Assembly (NCBI GenBank): GCA_024229615.1 | Contig: JAAESG010000620.1 | Coordinates: forward strand, 1-62,371 | Source: Gammaproteobacteria bacterium | GTDB taxonomy: Bacteria; Pseudomonadota; Gammaproteobacteria; GCA-001735895 | DNA: 62,371 bases | Direction: 5' to 3' | Shown: positions 46,571 to 57,893 of the stretch, piece by piece | Layout of the letters: every line of letters starts with the position of its first letter | Numbering within the stretch: position 1 is the stretch's first letter | Translations under genes and position numbers: made by a program | Notes under the pieces: generated by a model | Told to the model about the DNA's origin: nothing | Databases searched by the model: none | The model's input: only the letters and a program-made list of their open reading frames with translations

Positions 46571-48540
46571 TGCCTTATGCGATTTATTGGCCTCTCTTCT
46601 ATCAGGGAGAGGGCGAGCGAGATGGAGCATACTCGGCAGAGGTTCTCGCCGAGTTGGAGCGCCCAAGTTCGGAGTTCTATAAGCTCTTGCGCATCGAGTT
46701 CCCGCAGGTTACAGAAACGCTCCAGTTCTCACCAACATCAACCGAGCTATCGGATGCGGATACCGATATTATAGGAACGCCTGCAACGAAGCACGGCGTT
46801 CTCGCCGATCCTCCCGACACTCCGGATGAAGCGAACTATGTTCGCAACGATGCGGCGAACACCGCGACGGAGGATCGGTACGGGTTCGGCGATTTGCCGG
46901 ATGATGTTGTGGGAGTCGAGGAGGTTCGCATCTTCGTTCGAGCCGCAACCGGGTTCGAGGCTGGAGTGATTGAAGATGACGGGCCATGGAGTTTTGCGCT
47001 TCGGGTCAACGGAACGAATTATTTCGAAGACCAGAAAACACCGAATCGGTTTTTTAATCTCGCGCATCGAACAAACTTGATTCGCTTTCCTTTGAATCCG
47101 GACACCGGGCTAGCTTGGACGAAAGCGGAGTTCAATGCGCTGCAAGCCTCGCTCTTCACTCAACCAGATGGATACGGATCGCAGTGGGGGCAGCGTCACG
47201 CTCAATTATGGATCGAGGCTGATGTAACGAGAACACGGCGCGGGCTGTTCTCTTCGGATGCGCCGAATTCGCGAAGCGAAGGAACTTATAAAAATCGAGT
47301 TATGCAATGGGCTCCGATTCGCTATAGCGCAGCGGGCTTTGCTATCGAGCGCGTCTCGACCGGCGCGCGCGTGGCAGATCCGGACAACGAGCTAGGCGCG
47401 CTTTTTGCCGGCAAGGACGGTCGAGAGGCTAGGTTTTCTCCCGTCGATCTCCGCTACGCCTCGCCGAATATCATAGACAAAACAAAATGGTACACGGCGT
47501 TTACCGGCGTTCTTTCTTCATGGGAGGAAGCCGAGCCTCGTGTTTGGAATCTGTTTTTCCGGGTTGATGATGACGGGCTCGACAGTGAGACGCCTCGAAT
47601 AAAGATCACCGAGTTCGATTTTCCAGACGCCGATCCGAAAGTCTTTTCGAATTTCGTTCAAGTACCGTATGGCGTCCATGATACGGATGGTTTGAGCGAG
47701 GATGGCGCGATTCTTTGCGTCGATGTTGACAAGATTCGTTTTAGGCGCTTCGTTTCTCTCGGCATCATGAAAAGCGTTATCCGAGTTTACTCCAAAGCTG
47801 GAAACGATGATCCCCCGGTCGAGCGCTCATCTGGTTACGCTTCGGGCACTGCAGCCACGGCGGGATATCGCGTCATCAATCCGATCATCAATGGACGCCA
47901 GTATACGTTGTTAGAGTTCAACGTTACGGGCGCGGGTGAGGATGAGCTATTCGCCGAGCTTGAGATCACTTGCGATCTTGAAGGCGTTGAAGACATCGGC
48001 GATGGAACCGGAGCCCTGGTCCGCAACGCGAATGCCTACATGCATTTTGTTTCGAACTTCGTTTTTGCAAACTATCAATCGGGGAATTGGTTGCCAACCG
48101 ATTCCCGCCTCGATGCTGATTCCTTTGCTGAAGTGCAAACGTTTTTAAACAACCTTGGGCAGGATACATCGAGGCTTATTGGCGGCAAGGCTCGAGGGCG
48201 CAAGGCGAAAGATGAGCTAGCGGATTGGGCCTTTCAGCTTCGCATCAAAGTTTTTTGGGAGGAGGACGGGCAGCTTGCCGCAAGGCCATTTTCGCCGTTC
48301 ACGCTCGATGTTTATAAAGACGATCCTTGGATTCGAGAGGGCTTGCACGACATTGAAGAGCCGAGCTATGACGTGATCGAAACCGGGATAAAGCAACAGA
48401 TTTTTATTAACTACATTCACCGCGCGGCGAGCGATGATTACTTGGCAAACATCGAGGTTCGCGATTTCACGCTTGCGGGCGAAGAGTCTGAAACCGTCGA
48501 GGCGAGTTGGTTCCGTTCGGCTCTACCGGAGGCACCATGA
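46570..48540 (+). CDS. Tail tip/hub-like protein
   Basis: 656 aa in tail module; NPDTGLAWTKAEFNALQ motif resembles repeats in the next gene. Confidence 0.6.
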   Translation: MPYAIYWPLFYQGEGERDGAYSAEVLAELERPSSEFYKLLRIEFPQVTETLQFSPTSTELSDADTDIIGTPATKHGVLADPPDTPDEANYVRNDAANTATEDRYGFGDLPDDVVGVEEVRIFVRAATGFEAGVIEDDGPWSFALRVNGTNYFEDQKTPNRFFNLAHRTNLIRFPLNPDTGLAWTKAEFNALQASLFTQPDGYGSQWGQRHAQLWIEADVTRTRRGLFSSDAPNSRSEGTYKNRVMQWAPIRYSAAGFAIERVSTGARVADPDNELGALFAGKDGREARFSPVDLRYASPNIIDKTKWYTAFTGVLSSWEEAEPRVWNLFFRVDDDGLDSETPRIKITEFDFPDADPKVFSNFVQVPYGVHDTDGLSEDGAILCVDVDKIRFRRFVSLGIMKSVIRVYSKAGNDDPPVERSSGYASGTAATAGYRVINPIINGRQYTLLEFNVTGAGEDELFAELEITCDLEGVEDIGDGTGALVRNANAYMHFVSNFVFANYQSGNWLPTDSRLDADSFAEVQTFLNNLGQDTSRLIGGKARGRKAKDELADWAFQLRIKVFWEEDGQLAARPFSPFTLDVYKDDPWIREGLHDIEEPSYDVIETGIKQQIFINYIHRAASDDYLANIEVRDFTLAGEESETVEASWFRSALPEAP

Positions 48541-51500
48541 CGGTATCGGTGTTGAAGCCTCGGGAAACGGCGGTCTTTGAGAACGAGCAAAAAACTCGCT
48601 ACTCTCCGGAGAGCATTACAACGGGGCTCTCTAGCGATGCGCTTCTAAGCCGATTTACTTTCAGCGCAAACGCAACCGAAGTCATCGATGGTTCGGTAAC
48701 GCTCATCGATAATTGGGGATTCTCACTCTACGCGCTTCGGTTGGTTGATGGGCAAGGCATTGTCGATAGTGGATCATACACTCTTGAAAATGATGGAGTG
48801 GTCAACCCGGTTTCTCAGCTTGGAGTCTTGCTCGAAGATCGAAACGACAGCATAACGAATTACTCGGTAACGATCAACGGGACGAATGCCGCCGACGCGC
48901 CGATCTCGGATGTTCTCAATTTCACTTCGGGTGGCGAGGTTCAATATACAGCGAACGGACCATACAAGACGGTTACGAGCATAACAGGCGGCACTGTTAC
49001 CGGGACGTTCGCGGGCGATTTGCTATACGTTGTTCCGAGGCTCGGAGCGCTCGCTCATGACATCGTAACTCGCGGTAGCGATCCTTTCTTCATCAACAAC
49101 AATGTTGCAAACGATCCGCAATCTGGAGCGTTCGACAATAAAGGTTATTACGCCGAGGCGATAGACATAACCGATCAAGAGGTTCGAGTAAGTTTCCCGA
49201 ACCTGCCTTCCGATGTTCGCGACATCGTTGCAGTGCGAGTTCGGTTCAATACCAAGAACCTCGCGGCGACTTCAAACGGAATCGATTTCATTATTCGTCA
49301 TTCCGGGGTGAGCTATATCATCGGCAACAATTCGGCGACGAGCACCGATGCCGGGTTCTCGAATGATAGCGGCACGTTTACCTATGCCATCGCGCCGGGA
49401 ACCGGGCTTGCTTGGACACCGACGCAAGTTGATTCAATCGAGGCGGGTGTCATCTTCAAGGGTGACAATCCGACTGTTACAAAACAGTTGATGCGGATTC
49501 GATTAGAGGTTGACGTTCGCCGCGTTCCGGTTGGTACAACCGCCTATGATGGCGAAGCTGCATTCCTTGAAGCGGTGAGCGGTGATCGATTCGATGAAGG
49601 CGCGACCGATGACAACAAATACATTCCGCATTCATACAACGCAGCAAGCATCGTTCGGTTCGGGTTTCCCGATTTGCCATCGGAAGCGGTTGGTGTTTTG
49701 AATGTCAAGGCGTTCTTTCGCGCGGCGAGTATAAGTAAGGGACACCCGAACGGCGCAACACAACGATCTCTTCATTGTGCTGAGGGCGGTTCAAGCGGAT
49801 CGGCAACCGATTCGGTTCAACCTCGCGGCGGTACGGGGCTCCACTATGGGCGCGGGCCTATGGAGGAAAGCCTTTCCGGGGGCTGGCGCGGAGGTATGCA
49901 AACGCCGAGCGGCCCTCTCCAAGATTTAGGAGACGCGAACGGGCGAACGTTGAACGGGCCAGGCAACCCGAGCGACAGCACTTGCGGCAATGTTCCTACG
50001 GCGCAGAGTGGCAGAAACGTTGTATGGGGCACCTTTCAAAATTACTCGACGGTGTTGAGTGGCCTCCCGACAAACGGAAACGATTGGAGCGTTTCAGAAT
50101 TCAATAGTATGCAAGCTCAGTTCGAACAAGGGCTCGGAGATGAGCAAGAGCTTCGATACTCGAAAATGTATACCGAGCCGGAATGGTTGCGAGATCCTAC
50201 CGGCGACACTCATTTGCATTTGGTAGTTCGAGACGATCTCGATGATCCCGACGATACGAAGTTTATGGTGTCGCAGCATTCGAGCAACAAACAGTTAGGT
50301 TGCAATTTTCCGGGCATCGATGAAATCACCGAAGTTGTTTCCATTGTTGGAACGGTGCGCGGTGCTACCTCGGTCGGCGCTTCAAAGGGCTGGAAAATAA
50401 AATTGAAGGTTGGCTCGACAACGTTCAACGCAACGGGCGACACTGAATATATGAATACCTCGCCCGAGGATAAGACGGCGACTTGGGCGCAACACCCGAC
50501 CGAGTTCCGACCGTGGACCCGCGCCGAAGTCAATACGGCTGTTCTCATCTTCGAGGCGCAAGGCGAAAATGCTTTTTATCCAAAATATCTATACAACATG
50601 GGCTTGACCGTTTCGGCAATTACTATCCCCGACAAGATCGACACTGCGCGCCGACTCGGTTCCGAGATTTTGCTTTATCAAGGCCAGCCTGTTCCTTTGT
50701 TGAGGATGCGCGTTCCTTTCATCCTTGGAGATGCGAAGCTCGTTAACGATGTTGCGATATCGCATGATGCTATCCCGAAGGTTCAAAAGACGCTCGGCCT
50801 CGAACGTTGGGATCGTTCTTTGTTTCGGCTTTTCGACAAGGAGTTAGATCCAGAAACGGATACATGGAGCGTTCTCCTGTATGATCTTCGAGACTTTCTT
50901 GTAACACTTGTGATGAGCGGGCAGGCGGTAACAAAGGGGCGGAGCTTCGATGGCATGAGCCTCATTACTCCTGGCGCTAACATGCAGTTTGTTCGGGGCT
51001 CGAATGATTACCAGGAAGATCCGTTCGCCGATTTGGTGCAACAGCTTCAAGCCAACGAGCCGCCGACAAACGAGGATGGCATCCTCATTCAGAATCGAGG
51101 CATCAACCGAGTCATCAATAACGCTTTTAGCGAAGGCGCGACGAATGTTTTTACCGATTGGTCAAAGGTCGGCCTCCCTGCGGCGGGCGCTTCCATCAAT
51201 GAAGATCCGATAAGCAACTTCGACGAAGAGAGCGAAATCATTCGCTCGGTTCGGTTGACTGGAGCCGATGCGCCAACCGACATTTACCTCGAACAATATG
51301 TTACGCTTCCGACCGGCGACGGGCTCGCTCCGGAAGGCAGTCGTCATCAAATCACTATAACCCATGAAGACGTAACCGGGCACCCGCTTTCCGTTTGGTT
51401 GCGCGGCGATCCGGTTGGCTTTTCGGATAACAATTTCAACCCCGCCGATGATTCGTGGGCGACAGGCAATCCGACATGGTTTACTTTGCCGATTCGTTCG

Positions 51501-52259
51501 ACACCAACGCGAGATCGCATCCCTGCGCCGTTCGCCACGCTTCACAACATCTCGCAGGTTCCGGCTCAAAATACGTTTTCTCTTTGGCTCCGCATCGGAG
51601 TGCGAACGTCTGCAAATCAAATCAACCGCCTTTACGATGTTTGCAGCGAGGGTGGCACGATAGCGGGCGGCGATGAAGCGATGTTCCAGCGAACGCGGAT
51701 CGTTTCGATCACCGGGCCGGTTGTGCGCGACGAGGGAGACTTGTTCGTCGAGAACAAATTCGAGTCTCCCGTTTATTCGATGAAGAGGGGAACGGGCTTC
51801 TGTGTTATCGAAACGTTATGGGATACTGCCGAGCTTCCGGTTGCAACGGGCGTCAAAAAATACATTATGGGAATGGTGATCAACGCAAGCAACAAAGAAG
51901 AGCTTTTCTATGATTGCGATGATGAGGAGTTCGTTTATAACCGGGTGATCGCTGGCGTTACTTACCAGGCAACGAAGAAACATCGCGCCATCGCGAAGGG
52001 AGTTCCGATTCGAATTGCCTGGCGTTGGATATCCGCCGAAGGGGATCTCGGTGAAACGCCGTTTTCGATTCAGATATACGTCAACGATGAGCGAGGTACG
52101 GATGGCGCGCCGACGAGCGTTCCAGCGCAGCCTTCGAGTGTGGATTTTTACTTAGGTTCCCTTGATGGTTCACAAGGGCAAATGCTTGATGGTAGAATGC
52201 GGCGACTAAGGATCACTCAACAGGTTCTTTCGCTGGATCGCATCAAAAAGTTGAGGTAA
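48537..52259 (+). CDS. Large minor tail protein with repeated jelly-roll-like modules
   Basis: Repeated AWTPTQVDSIEAG / WSVSEFNSMQ / PWTRAEVNTA modules; LamG-like C-terminus. Confidence 0.65.
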   Translation: MTVSVLKPRETAVFENEQKTRYSPESITTGLSSDALLSRFTFSANATEVIDGSVTLIDNWGFSLYALRLVDGQGIVDSGSYTLENDGVVNPVSQLGVLLEDRNDSITNYSVTINGTNAADAPISDVLNFTSGGEVQYTANGPYKTVTSITGGTVTGTFAGDLLYVVPRLGALAHDIVTRGSDPFFINNNVANDPQSGAFDNKGYYAEAIDITDQEVRVSFPNLPSDVRDIVAVRVRFNTKNLAATSNGIDFIIRHSGVSYIIGNNSATSTDAGFSNDSGTFTYAIAPGTGLAWTPTQVDSIEAGVIFKGDNPTVTKQLMRIRLEVDVRRVPVGTTAYDGEAAFLEAVSGDRFDEGATDDNKYIPHSYNAASIVRFGFPDLPSEAVGVLNVKAFFRAASISKGHPNGATQRSLHCAEGGSSGSATDSVQPRGGTGLHYGRGPMEESLSGGWRGGMQTPSGPLQDLGDANGRTLNGPGNPSDSTCGNVPTAQSGRNVVWGTFQNYSTVLSGLPTNGNDWSVSEFNSMQAQFEQGLGDEQELRYSKMYTEPEWLRDPTGDTHLHLVVRDDLDDPDDTKFMVSQHSSNKQLGCNFPGIDEITEVVSIVGTVRGATSVGASKGWKIKLKVGSTTFNATGDTEYMNTSPEDKTATWAQHPTEFRPWTRAEVNTAVLIFEAQGENAFYPKYLYNMGLTVSAITIPDKIDTARRLGSEILLYQGQPVPLLRMRVPFILGDAKLVNDVAISHDAIPKVQKTLGLERWDRSLFRLFDKELDPETDTWSVLLYDLRDFLVTLVMSGQAVTKGRSFDGMSLITPGANMQFVRGSNDYQEDPFADLVQQLQANEPPTNEDGILIQNRGINRVINNAFSEGATNVFTDWSKVGLPAAGASINEDPISNFDEESEIIRSVRLTGADAPTDIYLEQYVTLPTGDGLAPEGSRHQITITHEDVTGHPLSVWLRGDPVGFSDNNFNPADDSWATGNPTWFTLPIRSTPTRDRIPAPFATLHNISQVPAQNTFSLWLRIGVRTSANQINRLYDVCSEGGTIAGGDEAMFQRTRIVSITGPVVRDEGDLFVENKFESPVYSMKRGTGFCVIETLWDTAELPVATGVKKYIMGMVINASNKEELFYDCDDEEFVYNRVIAGVTYQATKKHRAIAKGVPIRIAWRWISAEGDLGETPFSIQIYVNDERGTDGAPTSVPAQPSSVDFYLGSLDGSQGQMLDGRMRRLRITQQVLSLDRIKKLR

Positions 52260-52261
52260 CA

Positions 52262-54211
52262 ATGGCTCTGCCTTTACTCTTACGAGGAGAGAAGCTTAGT
52301 TTATTGGAGCGCTCCGCAACAACGGTGAGCGCATCGCAAACGCCGGATGCGCTCTATCCTTTATCGAATCTATACGACACTCGACCCTCGCAACTTTTCA
52401 TCTTCCCGACCGCCGCTGAGGATGATTATCTGCAAGCGAACCTCGATCAATATCTCAACGGCGATTTCGAGAATTGGACCAACGGCGATCTCAACGATCA
52501 CACCGTCAACGTTACGGGGACCGGCGCGGTAACAGAGGAAACGACTTCGCCTATATGGACGGGCGGAAGCTCGATGCAGATGGAGAACGGCGCAAGCGGC
52601 ACGGTTGAAGTCTTGCAAGATATCGAGGTTCTAGCGGGCGAGTCGGTTGAGCTTCGCTACGCTTCAGAAACGAGCGCGGCGGGATCACCGGCAACCATGG
52701 AAGTCTATAACCCGATCACCGGTAAATGGCTCACGACTTCCGGCACCTGGAGCGCGCGCAGGCAAAACGCGATTGAATCCGTACTGACAACGATGGGCGA
52801 GGCGACTCTCGCTTTTACCGTCGAGGATTTTGCAGACGTTCGCAAACATTCCTTCGATCTCGAGATCCGTTACCACATGGATCAAGCGGCGGTGTCACAA
52901 ACGCATCATTGGGATGCGGTTCGTTTCATCGTTGGAGCGAACTTCGCGAGCATCCATGCTCACAACATGAGCGCGGGGATTATTCCGCGCTTGGTTTCGA
53001 GTGATATCGATCTCTCGGGTGAAACGGTTGATCGAGCGTTGCTCTACGATGGAACAAACGACTACTCCGTAAAAACTTCAGAATTCACCGGGCTGGTTGA
53101 CGGCAAAGAAGGAACGATCTCGTTTTGGTTTGAGCTTAAAAGCGGCGACGGAACGGATATGCGTTTCATCAGCAACGGAACAGCCGCGACTAGGTTTACA
53201 GTTTACCGAACAAGCGGAAACAAAATCAGGGTTCTCGGGTTGAATGCTGCCGCAGGAACGATCCTTGATGGAAGCTCAACTACTTCATACCTCGCCGATG
53301 GGGTGAGGCACCATTGCGAAATTTCTTACGATCTTCTCAACACTACTTTGCGTCTTCGTGTGGACGGCTCGGATGATCTAGCGGGTGGTCCTACAGTCAC
53401 GAACGATACACTTGATTACACCTTCGGCCCTCAATGGAATTTAATGGCGTTGGGCGACGGCACTGAAAAAGCAAATGCTGAGATTTCAGAGCTTTGGTTT
53501 GATGATTCCTACATCGATGTTGCCATAGCTGCAAACGAAGCGCTCTTCCGTACCTCGGCGGGCCAGGCGGCGGTACTTGGCGAGAACGGCGAGCTTGTTA
53601 CCGGAACTGCACCGATCCTTTATTGGACAGGAGATGACGCGGCAACGAACGAAGGCACTGGCGGCGACTTCGATACCGTCAACGGCGCGCCGACTTCGCC
53701 GATCACGCTCGAAGCGGAGATGACGAAGCAAGACATCTCCTTTTACTCGAAGCTCGCCTCGACGAAGTATCGCAAATATTGGAAGCTCCATCTTCGCGGC
53801 ACGAACGCGGTTGATCCAATCGAGATCGGGCAATGGGTTTTTGGTGAAGCCGTTCAACCGGCGTGGTCGCCACGCTTAGTAGGCAATCGCCTCTCTCAAA
53901 GATTCCCGCAGTCGAGATCGATTGTAAGTGCGAGCGGTGAACAGTGGGCGGTCAAGAAAGCGAAGCATCCGATTCGCTCGGCGCGGATGCGCTTCAATCT
54001 TAAAATACCACAGCAAGCGGCGTTCCGTGATGAGCTACTCGCACGAACGTTCCAAGGCGCTAATCCTATGGTCCTGGTCGAGGATCAATCGCAGCCGCTT
54101 GTCATTCATGGTCGAATACCGCAAGGGTCGGATTTTACGCGGCGTTCTAGGTCGCTTGAATTCACTGAGCTTGTCATCGAAGAGAGTAGCAATGGAGTCG
54201 GTTTGCCATGA
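52262..54211 (+). CDS. Minor tail protein with carbohydrate-binding/LamG-like insertions
   Basis: YLNGDFENW module; ALLYDGTNDY...GTISFWF...HHCEISYD. Confidence 0.65.
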   Translation: MALPLLLRGEKLSLLERSATTVSASQTPDALYPLSNLYDTRPSQLFIFPTAAEDDYLQANLDQYLNGDFENWTNGDLNDHTVNVTGTGAVTEETTSPIWTGGSSMQMENGASGTVEVLQDIEVLAGESVELRYASETSAAGSPATMEVYNPITGKWLTTSGTWSARRQNAIESVLTTMGEATLAFTVEDFADVRKHSFDLEIRYHMDQAAVSQTHHWDAVRFIVGANFASIHAHNMSAGIIPRLVSSDIDLSGETVDRALLYDGTNDYSVKTSEFTGLVDGKEGTISFWFELKSGDGTDMRFISNGTAATRFTVYRTSGNKIRVLGLNAAAGTILDGSSTTSYLADGVRHHCEISYDLLNTTLRLRVDGSDDLAGGPTVTNDTLDYTFGPQWNLMALGDGTEKANAEISELWFDDSYIDVAIAANEALFRTSAGQAAVLGENGELVTGTAPILYWTGDDAATNEGTGGDFDTVNGAPTSPITLEAEMTKQDISFYSKLASTKYRKYWKLHLRGTNAVDPIEIGQWVFGEAVQPAWSPRLVGNRLSQRFPQSRSIVSASGEQWAVKKAKHPIRSARMRFNLKIPQQAAFRDELLARTFQGANPMVLVEDQSQPLVIHGRIPQGSDFTRRSRSLEFTELVIEESSNGVGLP

Positions 54212-54534
54212 CGGATACACAGATCGTTGGAGTTTTTCTTGGGGCGTTGTTTGTTCTCGTTGAGGCGCTCAAGCGCAAGGATCGAAAAAAGAATGGAGTG
54301 AACGGTTATTTCTCAGAAGAGGATCGAGAGAAGCTCTCTACTCTTCACACTCAACATTCCTTAACGGACGGCGATGGTCGCCCGTTATGGTACAGCGACC
54401 CTAGAGGCAATCGAGAGCAAATGAAAAAATTGGATGGCATACTGGTTTTGCAAAAAGATGTAGTGAGCGAGCTTCAAAAAATGAACGGGTTCCTGGGCAA
54501 GTGGGTTTGCCCTTACACAAAGGAGGAGTCATGA
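54208..54534 (+). CDS. Single-TM protein, holin/lysis-associated candidate
   Basis: N-terminal TM then basic stretch. Confidence 0.5.
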   Translation: MTDTQIVGVFLGALFVLVEALKRKDRKKNGVNGYFSEEDREKLSTLHTQHSLTDGDGRPLWYSDPRGNREQMKKLDGILVLQKDVVSELQKMNGFLGKWVCPYTKEES

Positions 54535-54917
54535 AAACGCTAGTTTTGTTTTTCAGCTTTTTGTTGGTACCTTGTTTTTTAATCGCGCAGGAGGGGGAGG
54601 TTGCGCAAGTCGTTGGCATTAACTGGCAACAGTTAGTTGCCCTTCTTATCACGGCGGTTCTTGTTCCGTTTGTCGTGGAATTTTTGAAGAGATGGCTTCC
54701 TACGGCATCACCGAACATCAAGCGGATACTTGCTCTCGTTGCAGGACCGGCGTTGATGGCGTTGGGAACCTTTCTATCTGGTTTGCTCGGATACCCGATA
54801 GACTTTCAGAGCATCATTGATATCATCACCGCTGGAATTATGGCCTCGATCCCGTCGATGGCGACGTATGGCGTTGCCAAGCGGCACGCGAAGAGAAAGT
54901 TGAAATTGGCGGCATAG
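54531..54917 (+). CDS. Holin-like multi-TM protein
   Basis: Hydrophobic helices, VVEFLKRW, basic C-tail; AAGGAGG SD. Confidence 0.6.
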   Translation: MKTLVLFFSFLLVPCFLIAQEGEVAQVVGINWQQLVALLITAVLVPFVVEFLKRWLPTASPNIKRILALVAGPALMALGTFLSGLLGYPIDFQSIIDIITAGIMASIPSMATYGVAKRHAKRKLKLAA

Positions 54918-54922
54918 ATCAT

Positions 54923-54967
54923 GGGAGTGCGCCGTCACATGTTGAGCGGCGCATTCCCCTCGTTTTC
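54923..54967 (+). terminator. Stem-loop terminator after the holin-like gene
   Basis: GGGAGTGCGCCG...CGGCGCATTCCC then TCGTTTT and an A tract. Confidence 0.55.
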
Positions 54968-54988
54968 AAAAAAAAAGGAAAAAAGACA

Positions 54989-55363
54989 ATGGCTGCGAAG
55001 CTTGATTTGTTGATCGACAAAGGGGCAACTTTCCGTCATACGTTGAAATGGCGCACACGCGATTCACTCGGCGTCATCTCCGATGTTGATCTATCGGGCT
55101 TTACGGGACGCATGAAGATCCGTAACACGCGCACCGATGCCGATCCTCCTTTGGCCGAACTTACCACTGCCAACTTTGGTATCGTGCTCGAAGCGGGCGG
55201 TGAGACGGGACGAATCGATCTCTTCATTGCAGACACAGATACCGAAGCTTATACTTGGGAAACTGGCGTTTACGACTTAGAGCTTATCGACGCGGGCGGA
55301 AGCGGTGATGTGAAGCGACTCGTTCAAGGTCGTGTTGCTGTTGATCAAGAGGTTACGACATGA
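54989..55363 (+). CDS. Ig-like virion protein (BppU-N-like)
   Basis: LLIDKGATF...DLSGFTGRMKIR...GVYDLEL...RLVQGRV...EVT. Confidence 0.65.
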   Translation: MAAKLDLLIDKGATFRHTLKWRTRDSLGVISDVDLSGFTGRMKIRNTRTDADPPLAELTTANFGIVLEAGGETGRIDLFIADTDTEAYTWETGVYDLELIDAGGSGDVKRLVQGRVAVDQEVTT

Positions 55364-55722
55364 GCGAACAAGACATCGTTATAAGCGAGTCGAGCCAAAC
55401 CGTTATCGTCACTCAACAAGAAACGGAAATAATCTCTGAAGGCGCACAGGGGCCGAGGGGTGTGAGCGCGGAGGATGTTGTGCCATTAGCAAGACGAACC
55501 GATATCATTGATGATTCTCCTGCCGCAGGGTTTCAGACGATCTATGTTGCTGATGCTTCGGTCGGAACGCTCGATGCCGATTCGCAATGGAGAATCAAGC
55601 GCATCATCATTGACAACAACAGCGACGGTGATGCGGTTATCGAGTGGGCCGAGCTTACAGGTACGGCAACATCCGACTTTGTGTTTTCGTGGAACGACCA
55701 CTTGACACTTAGTTATAGCTAA
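55360..55722 (+). CDS. Virion protein
   Basis: IYVADA...WRIKRI...FSWNDHLTLSYS. Confidence 0.6.
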   Translation: MSEQDIVISESSQTVIVTQQETEIISEGAQGPRGVSAEDVVPLARRTDIIDDSPAAGFQTIYVADASVGTLDADSQWRIKRIIIDNNSDGDAVIEWAELTGTATSDFVFSWNDHLTLSYS

Positions 55723-55735
55723 AGGAGTTCGCATC

Positions 55736-57880
55736 ATGACGACTGTTTTGCTAGGCGCTGGCGGCGGCGGCGGAATGGATCACAATACCCTTCTCAATCT
55801 CATCGTTGGCGATCCTCATACGCAATACGCGCTCCTCGCTGGTCGTACCGGTGGACAAACATTGTACGGTGGTGGTCCTGTTTTCGGCGACTTGACTTTA
55901 CAGGGTCGCAATTCCCCGAGCACTGGAATCATTAATATAAACTCCCCCATGGTCCTTGGTCCCTACGTGCCAAGCGAAGAGCTTTACTCCGTTCGATACA
56001 GCGCGACCGAAACCTTTACAAACAACTTCATTGGTGGCGGCGTGAATATGTCAGGGGATCTGACATTCGATATTCCGGTATTCATCTATGAATCGTTTCG
56101 CGCTTCTCCGACGATCAACTCAAACGCAACACCTAGCTTTGCTGCTTGGACGGCTTTGCAAGCGTTAGCAACATTGAACTCAGGTCCAAGTGCAGGACAC
56201 AATCCACTTCCTCCCTTGGTGGTGAATGCTGGTCCGCGTATCAGGCACGCTTTTTCTGGAGCGAGAACTGTACCTAATGTTACAGGGCTTAACTTTGTTG
56301 CGATCCTTAATGGAGCGGTAAGCGGTGGAACGCTGACCGTGAACAATTGGCGGGGATTGATTTTCGGGCCAACCTGGGACACGGTTTCTGGTGCCACAAT
56401 TGATTTCGGAACTATTATCGGCGTTCAATGTAGAGCGCCAGTAAGAACAACGTTTGGGCAAAGTTTCGGCACCGAACGGATGGCTGCTTACTACGGGTTG
56501 CAGATGGCAGACCCGACCATCTCTAATGCTGTTGGGACTGCCCCGGTCGCTGCGGTTCATTCGTTGGTCAACGCCGGGACGAATAAATACTTCCTGTTGA
56601 ACGCGGGCACCGCCGACAGCGACTTCGGCGCGGGTGACATTCTGTTCGATGACGATACCGGTCTTGTGCTCGGAGACAGTGCAGATGTACGAGTCGAGTG
56701 GTCTGGTGCTGAGGGAGTTCTTGATTTCAATCCTGCCGTGGGGGAAGATCTCTTTTTCGCATTCGGCCTCGACGGTAGCAAGCCAACATATTTATTCGAA
56801 GCAGAGACGTTCGGCGATAGCGAAACCGACTACACGCAAATCCGATTCGGCTTCGACCGCTACGCATTTGGGCAAACGGCCTCGATTGGCAATCAAGTCG
56901 GCCTCTTCATTGCGGGCAATCGAACCGCTGAAGTCGGGGGCGGTTGGTCTGATTACTTGTTGACGCAGGCGGGCGGCTTGAATATCGGAACGTTCGCAAT
57001 GAGCGACGTTGCGGCCTGGACCATCAACCAAATCTCGCTCGACAACACTGCGGGCTCGATTACGAGCCTCGACACTCTTGTTGTTGGCGGAATGACTATC
57101 TCGAATCCTGGCATCACCGTTACCGAACGTTCGGCGCTTCGTATAACGGGCAGGCTCAAACAGCGTGGCAGCATTCAGTATCCACCGATAAACCCTTCAG
57201 CGCTTTCGGCTGGCGATAACGATGATTGGGCGGGACTTCTCACCGCTTCGCCGAGCAACAATGGTCGCTATTGGGCGCGCGTCACCGGGAACGCGACGAC
57301 ATCGAAAATCACCGGTATCGATGCGACCGCCGTTCAAGATGGCGACACGTTCGAGTTGACCAACGTCGGCGCGGAAACTATTTTGCTTGCTCATCAAGAT
57401 ACGGGATCGGTCGCCGCAAATCGGATCATCGTCGAGACGAGCAATCCCTTCTCGATTGCCGAAGACCAAACCGTTAGCGTGCGCTACGACGGCACGACTT
57501 CGCGCTGGCGTATCATTACGCCAGCAGGAGCCGTTCTTCCGCTCGGTAGCATATGGAAATCCGATACTGGCTCGACCACGATGGCCGACCCAGGGAATAC
57601 ATTCTTTCGGCTGAACAATGCTACGCTGGCGTCAGTCACCGCGCTCGCGTTTAGTGTAATCACCTTCAAGGAGGGCGACGCCACCAACTTCTTTAACTCG
57701 CTCGACGCGGGTGATCAACTTATCATGCAGCAGCGGAAGGATAAGGGAGAATACGCGACGTTCACCATTACCGGCATCACGGACAATACGACGTGGTTTC
57801 AGATCGATGTCACGGTGAACGAAAGCGGAAACAACTTCACAGACAACAAAGAGTTTCAATGCATATTCGTCTACGCTTAA
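55736..57880 (+). CDS. Tail fibre/receptor-binding protein
   Basis: DHNTLLNL..GDPHTQYALLAGRTGGQTLYGG fibre motif; beta-rich body. Confidence 0.7.
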   Translation: MTTVLLGAGGGGGMDHNTLLNLIVGDPHTQYALLAGRTGGQTLYGGGPVFGDLTLQGRNSPSTGIININSPMVLGPYVPSEELYSVRYSATETFTNNFIGGGVNMSGDLTFDIPVFIYESFRASPTINSNATPSFAAWTALQALATLNSGPSAGHNPLPPLVVNAGPRIRHAFSGARTVPNVTGLNFVAILNGAVSGGTLTVNNWRGLIFGPTWDTVSGATIDFGTIIGVQCRAPVRTTFGQSFGTERMAAYYGLQMADPTISNAVGTAPVAAVHSLVNAGTNKYFLLNAGTADSDFGAGDILFDDDTGLVLGDSADVRVEWSGAEGVLDFNPAVGEDLFFAFGLDGSKPTYLFEAETFGDSETDYTQIRFGFDRYAFGQTASIGNQVGLFIAGNRTAEVGGGWSDYLLTQAGGLNIGTFAMSDVAAWTINQISLDNTAGSITSLDTLVVGGMTISNPGITVTERSALRITGRLKQRGSIQYPPINPSALSAGDNDDWAGLLTASPSNNGRYWARVTGNATTSKITGIDATAVQDGDTFELTNVGAETILLAHQDTGSVAANRIIVETSNPFSIAEDQTVSVRYDGTTSRWRIITPAGAVLPLGSIWKSDTGSTTMADPGNTFFRLNNATLASVTALAFSVITFKEGDATNFFNSLDAGDQLIMQQRKDKGEYATFTITGITDNTTWFQIDVTVNESGNNFTDNKEFQCIFVYA

Positions 57881-57893
57881 AAGGAAAGGTTAA